This document shows, piece after piece, positions 9,574 to 18,260 of a stretch of 64,000 nucleotides of DNA (position 1 is the stretch's first letter; every line of letters starts with the position of its first letter). Under the pieces are notes generated by a model. It did not search any database. It was not told the origin of the DNA and was given only the letters and a program-made list of their open reading frames with translations. The DNA is from an uncultured Candidatus Binatia bacterium (GTDB lineage Bacteria > Desulfobacterota > Binatia > Bin18). The DNA lies in assembly GCA_965204455.1 (NCBI GenBank), contig CBDBEO010000001.1, forward strand, positions 6,135 through 70,134, read 5' to 3'. The position numbers and the translations under genes are program-made.

Positions 9574-10236
9574 TCATACCTGAAAGTCGAGGTGCTCCAG
9601 ACTGTAGGCTTCTCCCAGGGTTGCGCGCAGCAGGCCGTCGAGCTTATCAATTTTCCGGTCGCGGAGATAGTCGAGCAGGGGAGAATTGACGAGGCGGTGA
9701 AAACGGTGCTGGCGTTCCTGGCTTGACAGCCGCTCTCGGGTCACCCGCTCTCGGATACGAGCCAGCAGTTGGAGTGCCTGGGCGTACTCGGGACCAAAGT
9801 CTGCCGACAGCTGGCGGCGGATTTTTTGGGCCATGGCCGGGCTTGTCCCGCTGGTGGACACGGCGATTCTCAGGTCGCCCTGGGAGACGACGGCCGGGAC
9901 GATGAATGAACACACGGCCGGGCGATCGGCGACGTTCAGCAACACACCTGCGGCGTCCGCCTCCACAGCCAGACGCTGGTGCAAATCCTGGTCTGAGGTG
10001 GCCGCAAACACCAGACGAAAGCCGCGCAGATCACCGCTCTGGTAGGCGCGCCGCAATGTCCTGATCCGCAGTGCGGCGGCCCAGGCTTCGAGCTGCCGGG
10101 TCAGCCTCGGGCTGATCACGCTGACCCGGGCCTGGGCGTCGAGCAGAGACGCCACTTTCCGCTCGGCGACGCTTCCGCCCCCGATGACGAGGCATGGCTG
10201 GCCGCTCAGGTCGATAAAGATTGGATAATAGCCCAT
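9574..10236 (-). CDS. sirC: Precorrin-2 dehydrogenase / sirohydrochlorin ferrochelatase (SirC/CysG N-terminal domain-like)
   Basis: ...YPIFIDLSGQPCLVIGGGSVAERKV... is an NAD-binding siroheme synthase N-terminal domain. The likely start is MGYYPIF at 10236. Confidence 0.75.
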   Translation of the reverse strand: MGYYPIFIDLSGQPCLVIGGGSVAERKVASLLDAQARVSVISPRLTRQLEAWAAALRIRTLRRAYQSGDLRGFRLVFAATSDQDLHQRLAVEADAAGVLLNVADRPAVCSFIVPAVVSQGDLRIAVSTSGTSPAMAQKIRRQLSADFGPEYAQALQLLARIRERVTRERLSSQERQHRFHRLVNSPLLDYLRDRKIDKLDGLLRATLGEAYSLEHLDFQV

Positions 10237-10336
10237 AGCGTTCGTGGTCGGCCCAAAGGCTCGACCACTCTGGAACGCTAGCACAGCCGAAAAAGCAGAG
10301 GAATGCCCTGCGCGCCCCAGCTTGGAACGCTGCCGG

Positions 10337-12127
10337 TCAATAGCTCAGGGGGATGTATAAGGTCTGGCCGATCCGCAGCCGACGGGGGTTCTTCACCCCG
10401 TTGAGGCGCCTGAGCACGCCCGCAGTCGTCCCGTAGCGCTTGGCAATCGTGTCCAGGGTCTGGCCGCGCTGGACTGTATGGGTCGCGTAGCTGCCGGGCA
10501 GGCGCAGCTGCTGGCCGGGACGAATGAAGTTCACCCGCTCGATGCCGTTGAGTTTCTTGAGGGTGGCAACGGTGGTCTGATAGCGCTGGGCGATCGTGCC
10601 CAGGGTTTGACCGTGCTGGACCGTATGGGCGTAGTCTGAATGGCTGGCTTGCGGGTGGGCGGTGTGGGACGGAGCTGCGGCGACGGGCGCTTGGGCCATG
10701 ACAGTCGGTGTCTGAGGGGCGGCTTCAGGTGGCGTGGGTTGGGACGGAGCTGCGGCGGTGGGCGCCTGGGCGATGGCGGTCGGCGCCTGGGACTGGGGCA
10801 GGCGCAGGCGCTGGCCGACCCGGATGAAATTGACATTCGGGATATGGTTCAGCTCTTGCAGGGCCTTGACGCTGGTCCGGTAGCGTCGGGCGATGATGTC
10901 CAGGGTCTGGCCGGGCTGCACGGTATGCGAGTTGATATCCAGGGCCGCATACTGGCGGCGGAAATGGTCGGCCGTGCCATCCGGCAGACGCAGCCGGTAG
11001 CCGCTGGGGATGAAGCGCCTGCCCCGACGGATAGATCTGCCCAGGGCGGGGTTGAACTCAATCAGCCGCTCGGTTGAAATGTTGGCGCAGCGGGCCGCAA
11101 CGCCCAGCGACAGATAGCCGTCCAGGGCGACCTCGTCGTAGCGAAACGGGGCGTCGCGCTTGATCTCGCCAAAGTAGGCGGTCGCGTTTTTCTCGACTTC
11201 GAGGGCGGCCAGGAATTCGGGATAAAAGTTGCGCGAGGCAAAACCGAAGCGGCGGCTCTTGTAGGAACGGATAATGCGGGCAATATCGGTGGTGCCGAGC
11301 TTTCTGACGGCTCTGGCCATGCCGGCTTGACCGTGGTTGTAGGCGGTAATGGCCAGCGGCCAGGTGCCGAGTCTGTCGTAGTTGGCTTTGAGCAGCTTGG
11401 CCGCCGCCCGGGCGGCCAGGATCGGGTCGCGCCGCTCGTCAATCAGCCCATCAACCCGCATGAACAGCCGCCCGGTCGAGCGGATGAACTGCCACACCCC
11501 GGCCGCGCCGGCTTTTGAGTAGGCGTTGATATTGAACGTGGATTCGACCAGCGGCAGACGGGTCAACCCAACCGGCAGACCAGCCTGGCGGAAAATCGCC
11601 TCCATCTCGTCCAGATAGCGCCCCGAAATCTGAATCCCCTGCCGGAACTTTTCGCCGATCCCGGTCTGTGACCGAACCCGGTCCTCGGCTGCGGCGCGGA
11701 GAAACTTCCTGGAGCCGGGGATGTCGCTGAACAGCCGCTTGATCCGACGTTCTTCGGCCGTCAGCCGGGTGGCCTTGTTCGCGCGGTGCAGCTTGCGCAG
11801 GGTCGCCCGAATGTGTCTGATCTCGCGCTCGACGCGCTGTTTTCTCAGCCGGGCGAGGGTGCGCGGCCGGTCCGCATGCGTCTCATACAAGGACCGCAAA
11901 TCCAGCTCCTTGTAGATCGTCATGTGAACGCGGTCGTGCAGAATGACCGTCTGTCTCGAGGTGGTGAATACCCGTTGCCAGAACTCGACCTGTGGCCGGA
12001 GGGCCGACGGGTAGGGAAAGGGGTGAAAACTGGCCGTCTGCTCGGCCCGGAGTCCACCGGGCGGCAGGACGAGCACGATTCCGAGCAGGGTTCCGATCAA
12101 GACCCGCAAGATGTTCAGCGACCGCAT
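10337..12127 (-). CDS. Membrane-bound lytic murein transglycosylase (MltD-like): SLT domain plus three C-terminal LysM repeats
   Basis: Signal peptide MRSLNILRVLIGTLLGIVLVL, SLT-like core (...VESTFNINAYSKAGAAGVWQF...) and repeated LysM motifs (HTVQPGQTLDIIARRY..., HTVQHGQTLGTIAQRY..., HTVQRGQTLDTIAKRY...). Confidence 0.8.
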   Translation of the reverse strand: MRSLNILRVLIGTLLGIVLVLPPGGLRAEQTASFHPFPYPSALRPQVEFWQRVFTTSRQTVILHDRVHMTIYKELDLRSLYETHADRPRTLARLRKQRVEREIRHIRATLRKLHRANKATRLTAEERRIKRLFSDIPGSRKFLRAAAEDRVRSQTGIGEKFRQGIQISGRYLDEMEAIFRQAGLPVGLTRLPLVESTFNINAYSKAGAAGVWQFIRSTGRLFMRVDGLIDERRDPILAARAAAKLLKANYDRLGTWPLAITAYNHGQAGMARAVRKLGTTDIARIIRSYKSRRFGFASRNFYPEFLAALEVEKNATAYFGEIKRDAPFRYDEVALDGYLSLGVAARCANISTERLIEFNPALGRSIRRGRRFIPSGYRLRLPDGTADHFRRQYAALDINSHTVQPGQTLDIIARRYRTSVKALQELNHIPNVNFIRVGQRLRLPQSQAPTAIAQAPTAAAPSQPTPPEAAPQTPTVMAQAPVAAAPSHTAHPQASHSDYAHTVQHGQTLGTIAQRYQTTVATLKKLNGIERVNFIRPGQQLRLPGSYATHTVQRGQTLDTIAKRYGTTAGVLRRLNGVKNPRRLRIGQTLYIPLSY

Positions 12128-12183
12128 GACTCCTCCTCCATGCCTCTCCACAACGTCCACTCGGCCACACAGTATGGCTGGAC

Positions 12184-13515
12184 TTAGCGCAACCCTAACT
12201 CCTCCAACGGTCCCCGGTCGGAGACCGGAGCCGGGGAGACACCCGACTGCAGGGCGACCGAGCCCGGCGTGCGTTGGTATGAATCGGGCAGGTCGATTTC
12301 TTTGGCGTACTCCCGCAGCTCGGGCATGACCTCATTGGCGATCAGCCGCATGCTGGTCAGCCGATCCTCGTTGCTGACCGTGCCCTGGACATTAAAGAAC
12401 ACGAACACGCCCGGTCGCAGAATCTGCAACAGCAGTTTCAGCTTGGGGATGACGGTCTTGGGCGAGCCGATAATCAGCTGATGGTTGTTCTGGACCTTCT
12501 GGTAGCCGGACAAGAGCTTTTTGCGGACCACGTCGTAGTCGGCCTCCGGCCGCAGTTCGCCGTCTTTGGACTCGCGCAGCTTGTCGGGGCTGACGCCCAG
12601 CCAGCTGCCGCCCGGATGGCGGGCCAGCATTTTGATCGCGCCCTTGGAGTTATAGCCCGGCGGCAGGGTGTGCTCGGGCCGGGAAAAGGCGTTTTGCCCC
12701 CCGCCATACACGAAATTTCTGCCCAGCTCCTGGGCTTTTTCGTCCGTTTCGGCCACGAAGCTCGGAATCAGATAGCCGAAGTTCTCCGGACCGGCCTGGT
12801 AGCCGAGTTTGGCCGCCTCGTCGGCATACATATCCCACAGGTCGCAGGTCGGACCGAGCGCGGTGCCGAGACCGATATACGGGTAGCGGTGCTGGGCGCA
12901 CCAGCGCACCGTCTCCGGACTCAGGACGCCCGGAATCCACATCTGGGGGTAGGGTTTCTGGTAGGGCAGGGCCCACGGGTTGACGTGACGGTAGTGGAAG
13001 TGCTTGCCCTCGTAGCGCCACGGGCCGGGCTTGGTCCAGGCCTGGACGATAAAGTCGTGAGCCTCATTGAACATTTCGCGGTTGTAGGCCGGGTTGGCAT
13101 TGTTGAAGAACTGTTCGCTGCCCGCCCCGCGCACCCAGCCGGTTACCAGCCGGCCGCGCGAGATGAGGTCGATCTCGGCCAGCTCCTCGGCCATGCGCAG
13201 CGGGTGTTTGATGACCGGCAGGGGGTTGCCGATGAGGACGATTTTGACCTTGCTGGTGATGCGGGCCAGGATGGACGCCTCGACGTTCATCACGCTGCCC
13301 ATGCAGAACGGGTTGCCGTGGTGTTCGTTGAGAGCCACCGCGTCAAAGCCCAGTTCCTCGGCGTAGCAGTATTCGTCCAGGAAATAGTTGTAGTCGTCGG
13401 CCGCCTTGTGATGATCGAAGTGCCGGTTCGACAGGGCGAAAAAGGCCTTGTTTTTCAGAACCTCGTCCTCGTCGACCCAGCGGTACGGCCGTTCGGTGAA
13501 ATAGGCGAGTTTCAT
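12184..13515 (-). CDS. LLM-class (luciferase-like) flavin/F420-dependent oxidoreductase, large form
   Basis: 443 aa with the luciferase-like monooxygenase fold pattern (...GFDAVALNEHHGNPF...). Confidence 0.75.
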   Translation of the reverse strand: MKLAYFTERPYRWVDEDEVLKNKAFFALSNRHFDHHKAADDYNYFLDEYCYAEELGFDAVALNEHHGNPFCMGSVMNVEASILARITSKVKIVLIGNPLPVIKHPLRMAEELAEIDLISRGRLVTGWVRGAGSEQFFNNANPAYNREMFNEAHDFIVQAWTKPGPWRYEGKHFHYRHVNPWALPYQKPYPQMWIPGVLSPETVRWCAQHRYPYIGLGTALGPTCDLWDMYADEAAKLGYQAGPENFGYLIPSFVAETDEKAQELGRNFVYGGGQNAFSRPEHTLPPGYNSKGAIKMLARHPGGSWLGVSPDKLRESKDGELRPEADYDVVRKKLLSGYQKVQNNHQLIIGSPKTVIPKLKLLLQILRPGVFVFFNVQGTVSNEDRLTSMRLIANEVMPELREYAKEIDLPDSYQRTPGSVALQSGVSPAPVSDRGPLEELGLR

Positions 13516-13532
13516 GGCGTCCTCTTGCGAGT

Positions 13533-14318
13533 CTACGAGGCCAGGTAGTCTTTGACGATCCGAATAAACTCGGCCGAATTCTCGATCTCCGGTCGGTGGC
13601 CCACCCCCTCGATGGTGGCAACCTGGGCGTGGTCAATGACTTTTTTGTACGAATCAATACAGCCCTTGGGGACGATGGCGTCGGCACCGCCCCGGACCAG
13701 CAGGGCCGACAAGCCTGTGGCGCCTTCCAGCAGATGGGGCAGGCTGGGGTTGTGCATATACGGCTCCCAGCCGATCCGGGCGGCTTCCGCCCGGGCGTCC
13801 TCAAACGCCTCAAACTGGTCCGGGGTCATCTCGCCACCGTAGATGTCGCCGAACTCGGGCGTGTTGATATCGGCAACCGTCGCCCGCATATGGGTGCGGA
13901 TGGTCAGCGGGAAGATATCGGTGATCTCGCCCTCTTCGGGCCTGATGCCCATGGGCGCGACCAGGACCAGCCGCTCGAACATGGCGGGGTCGGCTGCGGC
14001 CATCTCGGCGGCCGCATAGCCGCCTGCGGAAAAGGCAATGGCATCAATCGGACCCAGGTTCATTTCCCGGATCATGCGGGCGTAGAAACCGCCCAGGTCG
14101 CGGTAGGTGCGGATCCAGTCCACGCGGGGGGTCTTGCCGTAGCCCGGTTGGAGGGGAATCAAAAATTCGTGCTCCTCGGCCAGGGCTTCGTTCCATGTGA
14201 CCCAGCCGGGAAAGCCAAGCTCATCGTGGAGCATAAAAAGAGGTTTGCCGGAGCCACCTCTGACGAGAGCAACGTCGGTGCCGCCGACATTGACCGTTGT
14301 TTCGGTCCAGTTTGCCAA
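13533..14318 (-). CDS. Alpha/beta hydrolase fold protein
   Basis: ...TETTVNVGGTDVALVRGGSGKPLFMLHD...AFSAGG... (GxSxG-like). The preferred start is TTG at 14316-14318, preceded by GGAGGAG (14325-14331) with a 6-nt spacer. The track's GTG start at 14414 would add an EREREREKEE stretch encoded by the CT microsatellite. Confidence 0.7.
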   Translation of the reverse strand: MANWTETTVNVGGTDVALVRGGSGKPLFMLHDELGFPGWVTWNEALAEEHEFLIPLQPGYGKTPRVDWIRTYRDLGGFYARMIREMNLGPIDAIAFSAGGYAAAEMAAADPAMFERLVLVAPMGIRPEEGEITDIFPLTIRTHMRATVADINTPEFGDIYGGEMTPDQFEAFEDARAEAARIGWEPYMHNPSLPHLLEGATGLSALLVRGGADAIVPKGCIDSYKKVIDHAQVATIEGVGHRPEIENSAEFIRIVKDYLAS

Positions 14319-14321
14319 TGA

Positions 14322-14354
14322 TCTCTCCTCCTTCTCTCTCTCTCTCTCTCTCTC
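14322..14354. repeat. Polypyrimidine/polypurine tract with a (CT)10-11 dinucleotide microsatellite (14334-14354)
   Basis: tctctcctccttctctctctctctctctctctc read directly. It lies immediately 5' of the SD/TTG start of the hydrolase gene, in the divergent promoter region shared with hisC. Confidence 0.85.
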
Positions 14355-14456
14355 TAGCGCCTTTTTGAGTAGCAAATGGCCCTGTGTGCTGTCAATCGCC
14401 TGGCCGACCGCCACGTATCTTCTCTCCTGGCCGGAAGTCGGCTATAGGAAGAGGCC

Positions 14457-15578
14457 ATGCAGCAGCCGTTTTCCCGCTTTGCGGTCGTGCGGCCGGCCGT
14501 CCGCCGCATGCACGGCTATGTGCCCGGCGAGCAGCCCCGCGAGTTGGACCGCTACATCAAGATCAATTCCAACGAGAACCCCTATCCGCCCTCGCCCCAG
14601 GTTGTGCGCGCCCTGCAACAGGCGGTCGGTGACGATTCCTCCCGCGCTGCCCCCGGCCAACAGCTGCGCATCTATCCGAGTCCCAGCGCCGAAGACGTGC
14701 GGCGCAAGGCGGCCGAGGTGTACGGTCTGGAGCCGGATCAGGTCCTGGTCGGCAACGGCTCGGACGACCTGTTGACCATGCTGATGCGCACCTGTATCGA
14801 CCCGGGCGACCGGGTCGCCTATCCGGTCCCGACCTATAGCCTGTACGATATTCTGGTGGCCATGCAGGACGGCCGGGCCGTGCATGTGCCCTGGCCCGAG
14901 GATTTTTCCTTGCCGCTCCAGGCCCTGGTCGAGAGCCGGGCCAAGCTCGTCTTTGTTGCCAACCCGAACGCGCCGTTCGGCAATTTCACGCCGGTCGAGC
15001 AACTCGCAGAGCTGGCCCGACAGACCCCGGGACTGCTCGTGGTTGACGAGGCGTATGTGGATTTTGCCCACCACACCGCCCTGCCGTTGCTGGCCCGTTA
15101 TCCCCAGGTGGTGATTCTGCGTACCCTGTCCAAGTCGTTTTCTCTGGCCGGGCTGCGGATTGGCTTGGCCTTTGGCCACCCCGAGCTGCTCGGCGAGTTG
15201 ATGAAGGTCAAGGATTCGTACAACATGAACCGCCTGAGCATGGTGGCGGCGGTGGCGGCGCTCGAAGACTACGGCTGGATGCGGGCCAATGCGGCCAGGA
15301 TCCGAGCCACCCGCGCACGGCTGAGCGCGGCCCTCCACGACCTCGGCTATGACGTCTCCCCCTCGCAGGCGAATTTTGTGGTGGCCCGCCGACGCGGGGT
15401 CAGCCAGCAGCCCCTGTACGAGTGGCTGAAAGCGCGGCGGATTCTGGTCCGCTATTTTTCCGAACCCGAACTGAGCGACTGCGTGCGCATTTCGGTTGGC
15501 AGTGACGAGGAGATCGATCAGCTGCTGGCCGCCATGCGCCAGTTTCTGGCCCAGCCCAGACCCAGGGAGACAGCATGA
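14457..15578 (+). CDS. hisC: Histidinol-phosphate / aromatic aminotransferase (HisC family, class II PLP aminotransferase)
   Basis: 373 aa: ...YIKINSNENPYPPSP... is the typical HisC N-terminus. Confidence 0.8.
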   Translation: MQQPFSRFAVVRPAVRRMHGYVPGEQPRELDRYIKINSNENPYPPSPQVVRALQQAVGDDSSRAAPGQQLRIYPSPSAEDVRRKAAEVYGLEPDQVLVGNGSDDLLTMLMRTCIDPGDRVAYPVPTYSLYDILVAMQDGRAVHVPWPEDFSLPLQALVESRAKLVFVANPNAPFGNFTPVEQLAELARQTPGLLVVDEAYVDFAHHTALPLLARYPQVVILRTLSKSFSLAGLRIGLAFGHPELLGELMKVKDSYNMNRLSMVAAVAALEDYGWMRANAARIRATRARLSAALHDLGYDVSPSQANFVVARRRGVSQQPLYEWLKARRILVRYFSEPELSDCVRISVGSDEEIDQLLAAMRQFLAQPRPRETA

Positions 15579-16618
15579 GAATTTCACTCTTTCATCTACC
15601 CAGCTTTTTTCCCCAGCTGCACGACAGCGAGTACGAGTTCTACCAGAATATCCTGCTTGAGACCGATAAGGCCGAGGAGTACGGCTTTCATTCGGTGTGG
15701 TTCGCCGAGCACCATTTTTACCACTACGGCGGCCATATTCCGTCGGTGCCGGTCCTGGGCACGGCCGTGGCCCAGCGGACCACACACATCCGCATCGGCT
15801 CCGGCATCGCCCTGCTGACGCTGCAAGACCCGATTCGGATTGCCGAGGAGTTCGCCATGCTCGACTGCCTGTCGGGCGGGCGGCTGGAGTTTGGGATTGG
15901 CCGCGGCTTTCAACGGGGCGAGTTTGACGCCTTTGAGCGCGATATGGGCGATAGTCGGCGGCTGTTTGAGGAGGCCCACGATATCATCATGAAGGCCTGG
16001 ACCGAGCCCCGGTTTTCCTACCGGGGCAAGTTCCGCACGGTCACCGATCTGCAAGTCCTGCCCAAACCGGTCCAGAAGCCGCCACCGGTGTATGTGGCGT
16101 GTATCTTCACCCCGGAGTCTTTTGAGTGGACCGGCCAGCAGGGCTATCACCTGATGGTCGTGCCCTACGCCGCCGCCAAGCCCGAAACCCTGATCGACAG
16201 AATCACGCTGTTTCGTGACACGCGCACCGCCCACGGCCATACCGACGCCGCCGAAGTCCTGGGCGTGTACCATTTCTACTGTGGCGAAACGCCCGAAAAA
16301 GCCAAGTCCGAGCCGCAGGCGGCGATGATGCGCTACCTCGAATCGGTCCAGGCGGCCAACCCCGAGTCGGCCTACTCCGAGCAGTACGCGGCCTATAAGA
16401 ATCTGCGCAAAGGCTTCGAGGCCATGGATTACGAGAACTATCTGTATCCCCAGCGCGTGCTCTTTGGCGATCCTGAGCAGTGTATTGAGCGCATTCGGCA
16501 GATCAAAGCCTCGGGGATCACGAACGTGAGCCTGTTGGCCGACTTTGGCGGTCTGCCCCGGCAGCAGATCCTGGCCTCGCTGGACCGCTTCGGCAAGCAC
16601 GTCCTGCCGCACATATGA
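15575..16618 (+). CDS. LLM-class flavin-dependent oxidoreductase
   Basis: 347 aa: ...HSVWFAEHHF...GSGIALLTLQDPIRIAEEFAMLDCLSGGRLEFGIGRG... It overlaps the hisC stop by 4 bp (ATGA). Confidence 0.8.
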   Translation: MRISLFHLPSFFPQLHDSEYEFYQNILLETDKAEEYGFHSVWFAEHHFYHYGGHIPSVPVLGTAVAQRTTHIRIGSGIALLTLQDPIRIAEEFAMLDCLSGGRLEFGIGRGFQRGEFDAFERDMGDSRRLFEEAHDIIMKAWTEPRFSYRGKFRTVTDLQVLPKPVQKPPPVYVACIFTPESFEWTGQQGYHLMVVPYAAAKPETLIDRITLFRDTRTAHGHTDAAEVLGVYHFYCGETPEKAKSEPQAAMMRYLESVQAANPESAYSEQYAAYKNLRKGFEAMDYENYLYPQRVLFGDPEQCIERIRQIKASGITNVSLLADFGGLPRQQILASLDRFGKHVLPHI

Positions 16619-16628
16619 GGAGGGCAGC

Positions 16629-17753
16629 ATGAAAATCCAACACACAAAAGGCACCGTTCCCAAGCAGGCTCACGTCGCCATTCCCGAGGGGCTGTACGAA
16701 GAGGAGCACGGCCGGCAGGGATTCTTTGGCCCGGCCAGCCAGTTCTACCACACCCATCCGCCGACCGACTGGAAGCGGATTGAGGGGCCGCTGCGGCCGC
16801 GGGCGTTTCACGCCTACGACCTGGTGCCGACCGACCGCGACGACCCGCGTGGCGAACCGTGCCAGGTGTTGTACAACGACGACGTGAGCCTGTCCGTCTC
16901 GCAACGCTCGGAGCCGATGCCGCACTGCTTCCGCAATGGCGACGGCGACGAGGTGCATTTTATTCACAAGGGCCGAGGTGTGTTGCAGAGCGATTTTGGG
17001 CCGCTGGCGTATGTCGAGGGCGATTATCTGGTGATCCCCAAAGGCACGAGCTACCGCCTGGTGCCGGACAGCCGCGACAACTTCTCGCTGATCATCGAAT
17101 CGCGCGGTCCGATCAGCTTCCCCGACCGGGCCGGCGTCGGCCATTACGCGCCGTTTGACTATGACGTGATCGAAGTGCCCGAGCCCGGGCCGGTGACCGA
17201 ACAGCGCGACGAGTGGGAGCTGCGGGTCAAACGGCGCGGCGTGTACACGTCCATCTTTTATGATTTTTGTCCGCTCGACGTGGTGGGCTGGAAGGGCAGC
17301 CACTCGGTGTTCAAGCTGAACGTCAAGGACTTCCGGCCGCTGATGAGCGAGGGCGTGCATCTGCCGCCCAGCGCCCACGGGACGTTTGAGGCCGCGGGCT
17401 TCGTGATCTGTACCTTTGCCCCGCGTCCGCTTGAGGGCGACCCACGCGCCCTGCGGGTGCCCTGGTACCACCGCAATATCGACTACGACGAGGTGTTTTT
17501 CGTTCACAGCGGCGAGTTCACCCTGAGCCGTAAGAGCGGCACCACGCCCTACGGGGTGATTTCGCTCAATCCCCAGGGGCTCCACCACGGACCGCAGCCC
17601 GGGGTGTGGGAGAACAGCGTCAAGAACTGGAAAAAAGACGCCCGGCTGGAATTTGTCGCCATCAATCTGGATACCGAACAACCGCTCCAGATGACGTCGG
17701 CGGCCTACGAGGTCGAGATCGCCGGCTATGCCGACCTGTGGGCCAAGAAGTAG
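16629..17753 (+). CDS. Homogentisate 1,2-dioxygenase-like cupin (short form)
   Basis: Start is MKIQHTKG after the RBS gaggagggcagc. The call rests on overall similarity of the pattern to the HmgA family (...DGDEVHFIHKGRGVLQSDFGPLAYVEGDYLVIPKGT...) and is uncertain. Confidence 0.5.
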   Translation: MKIQHTKGTVPKQAHVAIPEGLYEEEHGRQGFFGPASQFYHTHPPTDWKRIEGPLRPRAFHAYDLVPTDRDDPRGEPCQVLYNDDVSLSVSQRSEPMPHCFRNGDGDEVHFIHKGRGVLQSDFGPLAYVEGDYLVIPKGTSYRLVPDSRDNFSLIIESRGPISFPDRAGVGHYAPFDYDVIEVPEPGPVTEQRDEWELRVKRRGVYTSIFYDFCPLDVVGWKGSHSVFKLNVKDFRPLMSEGVHLPPSAHGTFEAAGFVICTFAPRPLEGDPRALRVPWYHRNIDYDEVFFVHSGEFTLSRKSGTTPYGVISLNPQGLHHGPQPGVWENSVKNWKKDARLEFVAINLDTEQPLQMTSAAYEVEIAGYADLWAKK

Positions 17754-17756
17754 TTC

Positions 17757-18125
17757 GTGCTGAAGGATGCTATGGACCCGCTCTTTGATGCTGACGCCCC
17801 GCTGACCACCTACGAACAGGCCAGCCTCAGCTTGCAGCAAGCCGGCATTGCCACCCAACAGGCCGGCAACGACATCGCCCTCTGGGTCGGCGTCGGCCAA
17901 GCCGCCGTGGCCCTGACCGTCGGCTTGATCCAGGCCGGGGTGGTCGGCTGGGGCATTCGCTACATGACCCGGATAGGCGAGCGGCGCGAACAACAGCACG
18001 CCGACCGCCACGAGGAAACGATGTGGGCTTTAGAGCAGCAAGCCACGGCCAGCCGTGAGCAGCACGCGGCCACCATGCGGGCCCTGGAAGCGTTGATCGA
18101 GCGCACTGCGCCATCCCAACTGTGA
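17757..18125 (+). CDS. Hypothetical small membrane protein
   Basis: 122-aa ORF with a hydrophobic central segment. No recognisable family. Confidence 0.3.
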   Translation: MLKDAMDPLFDADAPLTTYEQASLSLQQAGIATQQAGNDIALWVGVGQAAVALTVGLIQAGVVGWGIRYMTRIGERREQQHADRHEETMWALEQQATASREQHAATMRALEALIERTAPSQL

Positions 18126-18260
18126 CACTGTGGCTGAGGAGGCCGACACGGGGCAGGTCCTGATTCAGCTTCCAGGAGTGGGCCGAGCGTAAGGCGGTGG
18201 CCTGTTGGAGCTGGAATGATTTTAATTTAGGAGTGCCAAGCCTGAGGCTTGCGCGCCGGA

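Noticed and set aside
12481-13548. 355-aa + strand ORF
   Set aside because: It is antisense to the large LLM oxidoreductase.
14319-14414. N-terminal extension of the alpha/beta hydrolase containing EREREREKEE
   Set aside because: The extension is simply the translated CT microsatellite read from an upstream GTG. A TTG start with a perfect GGAGGAG SD 6 nt upstream, at the point where hydrolase homology begins (xANWTETTVNVGG), is more plausible. I kept it as an alternative.
14442-15785. 447-aa - strand ORF
   Set aside because: It is antisense to hisC. hisC has the canonical NENPYPPSP motif, so the sense strand is clear.
16518-18011. 497-aa - strand ORF
   Set aside because: It is antisense to the homogentisate-dioxygenase-like gene, an artefact.
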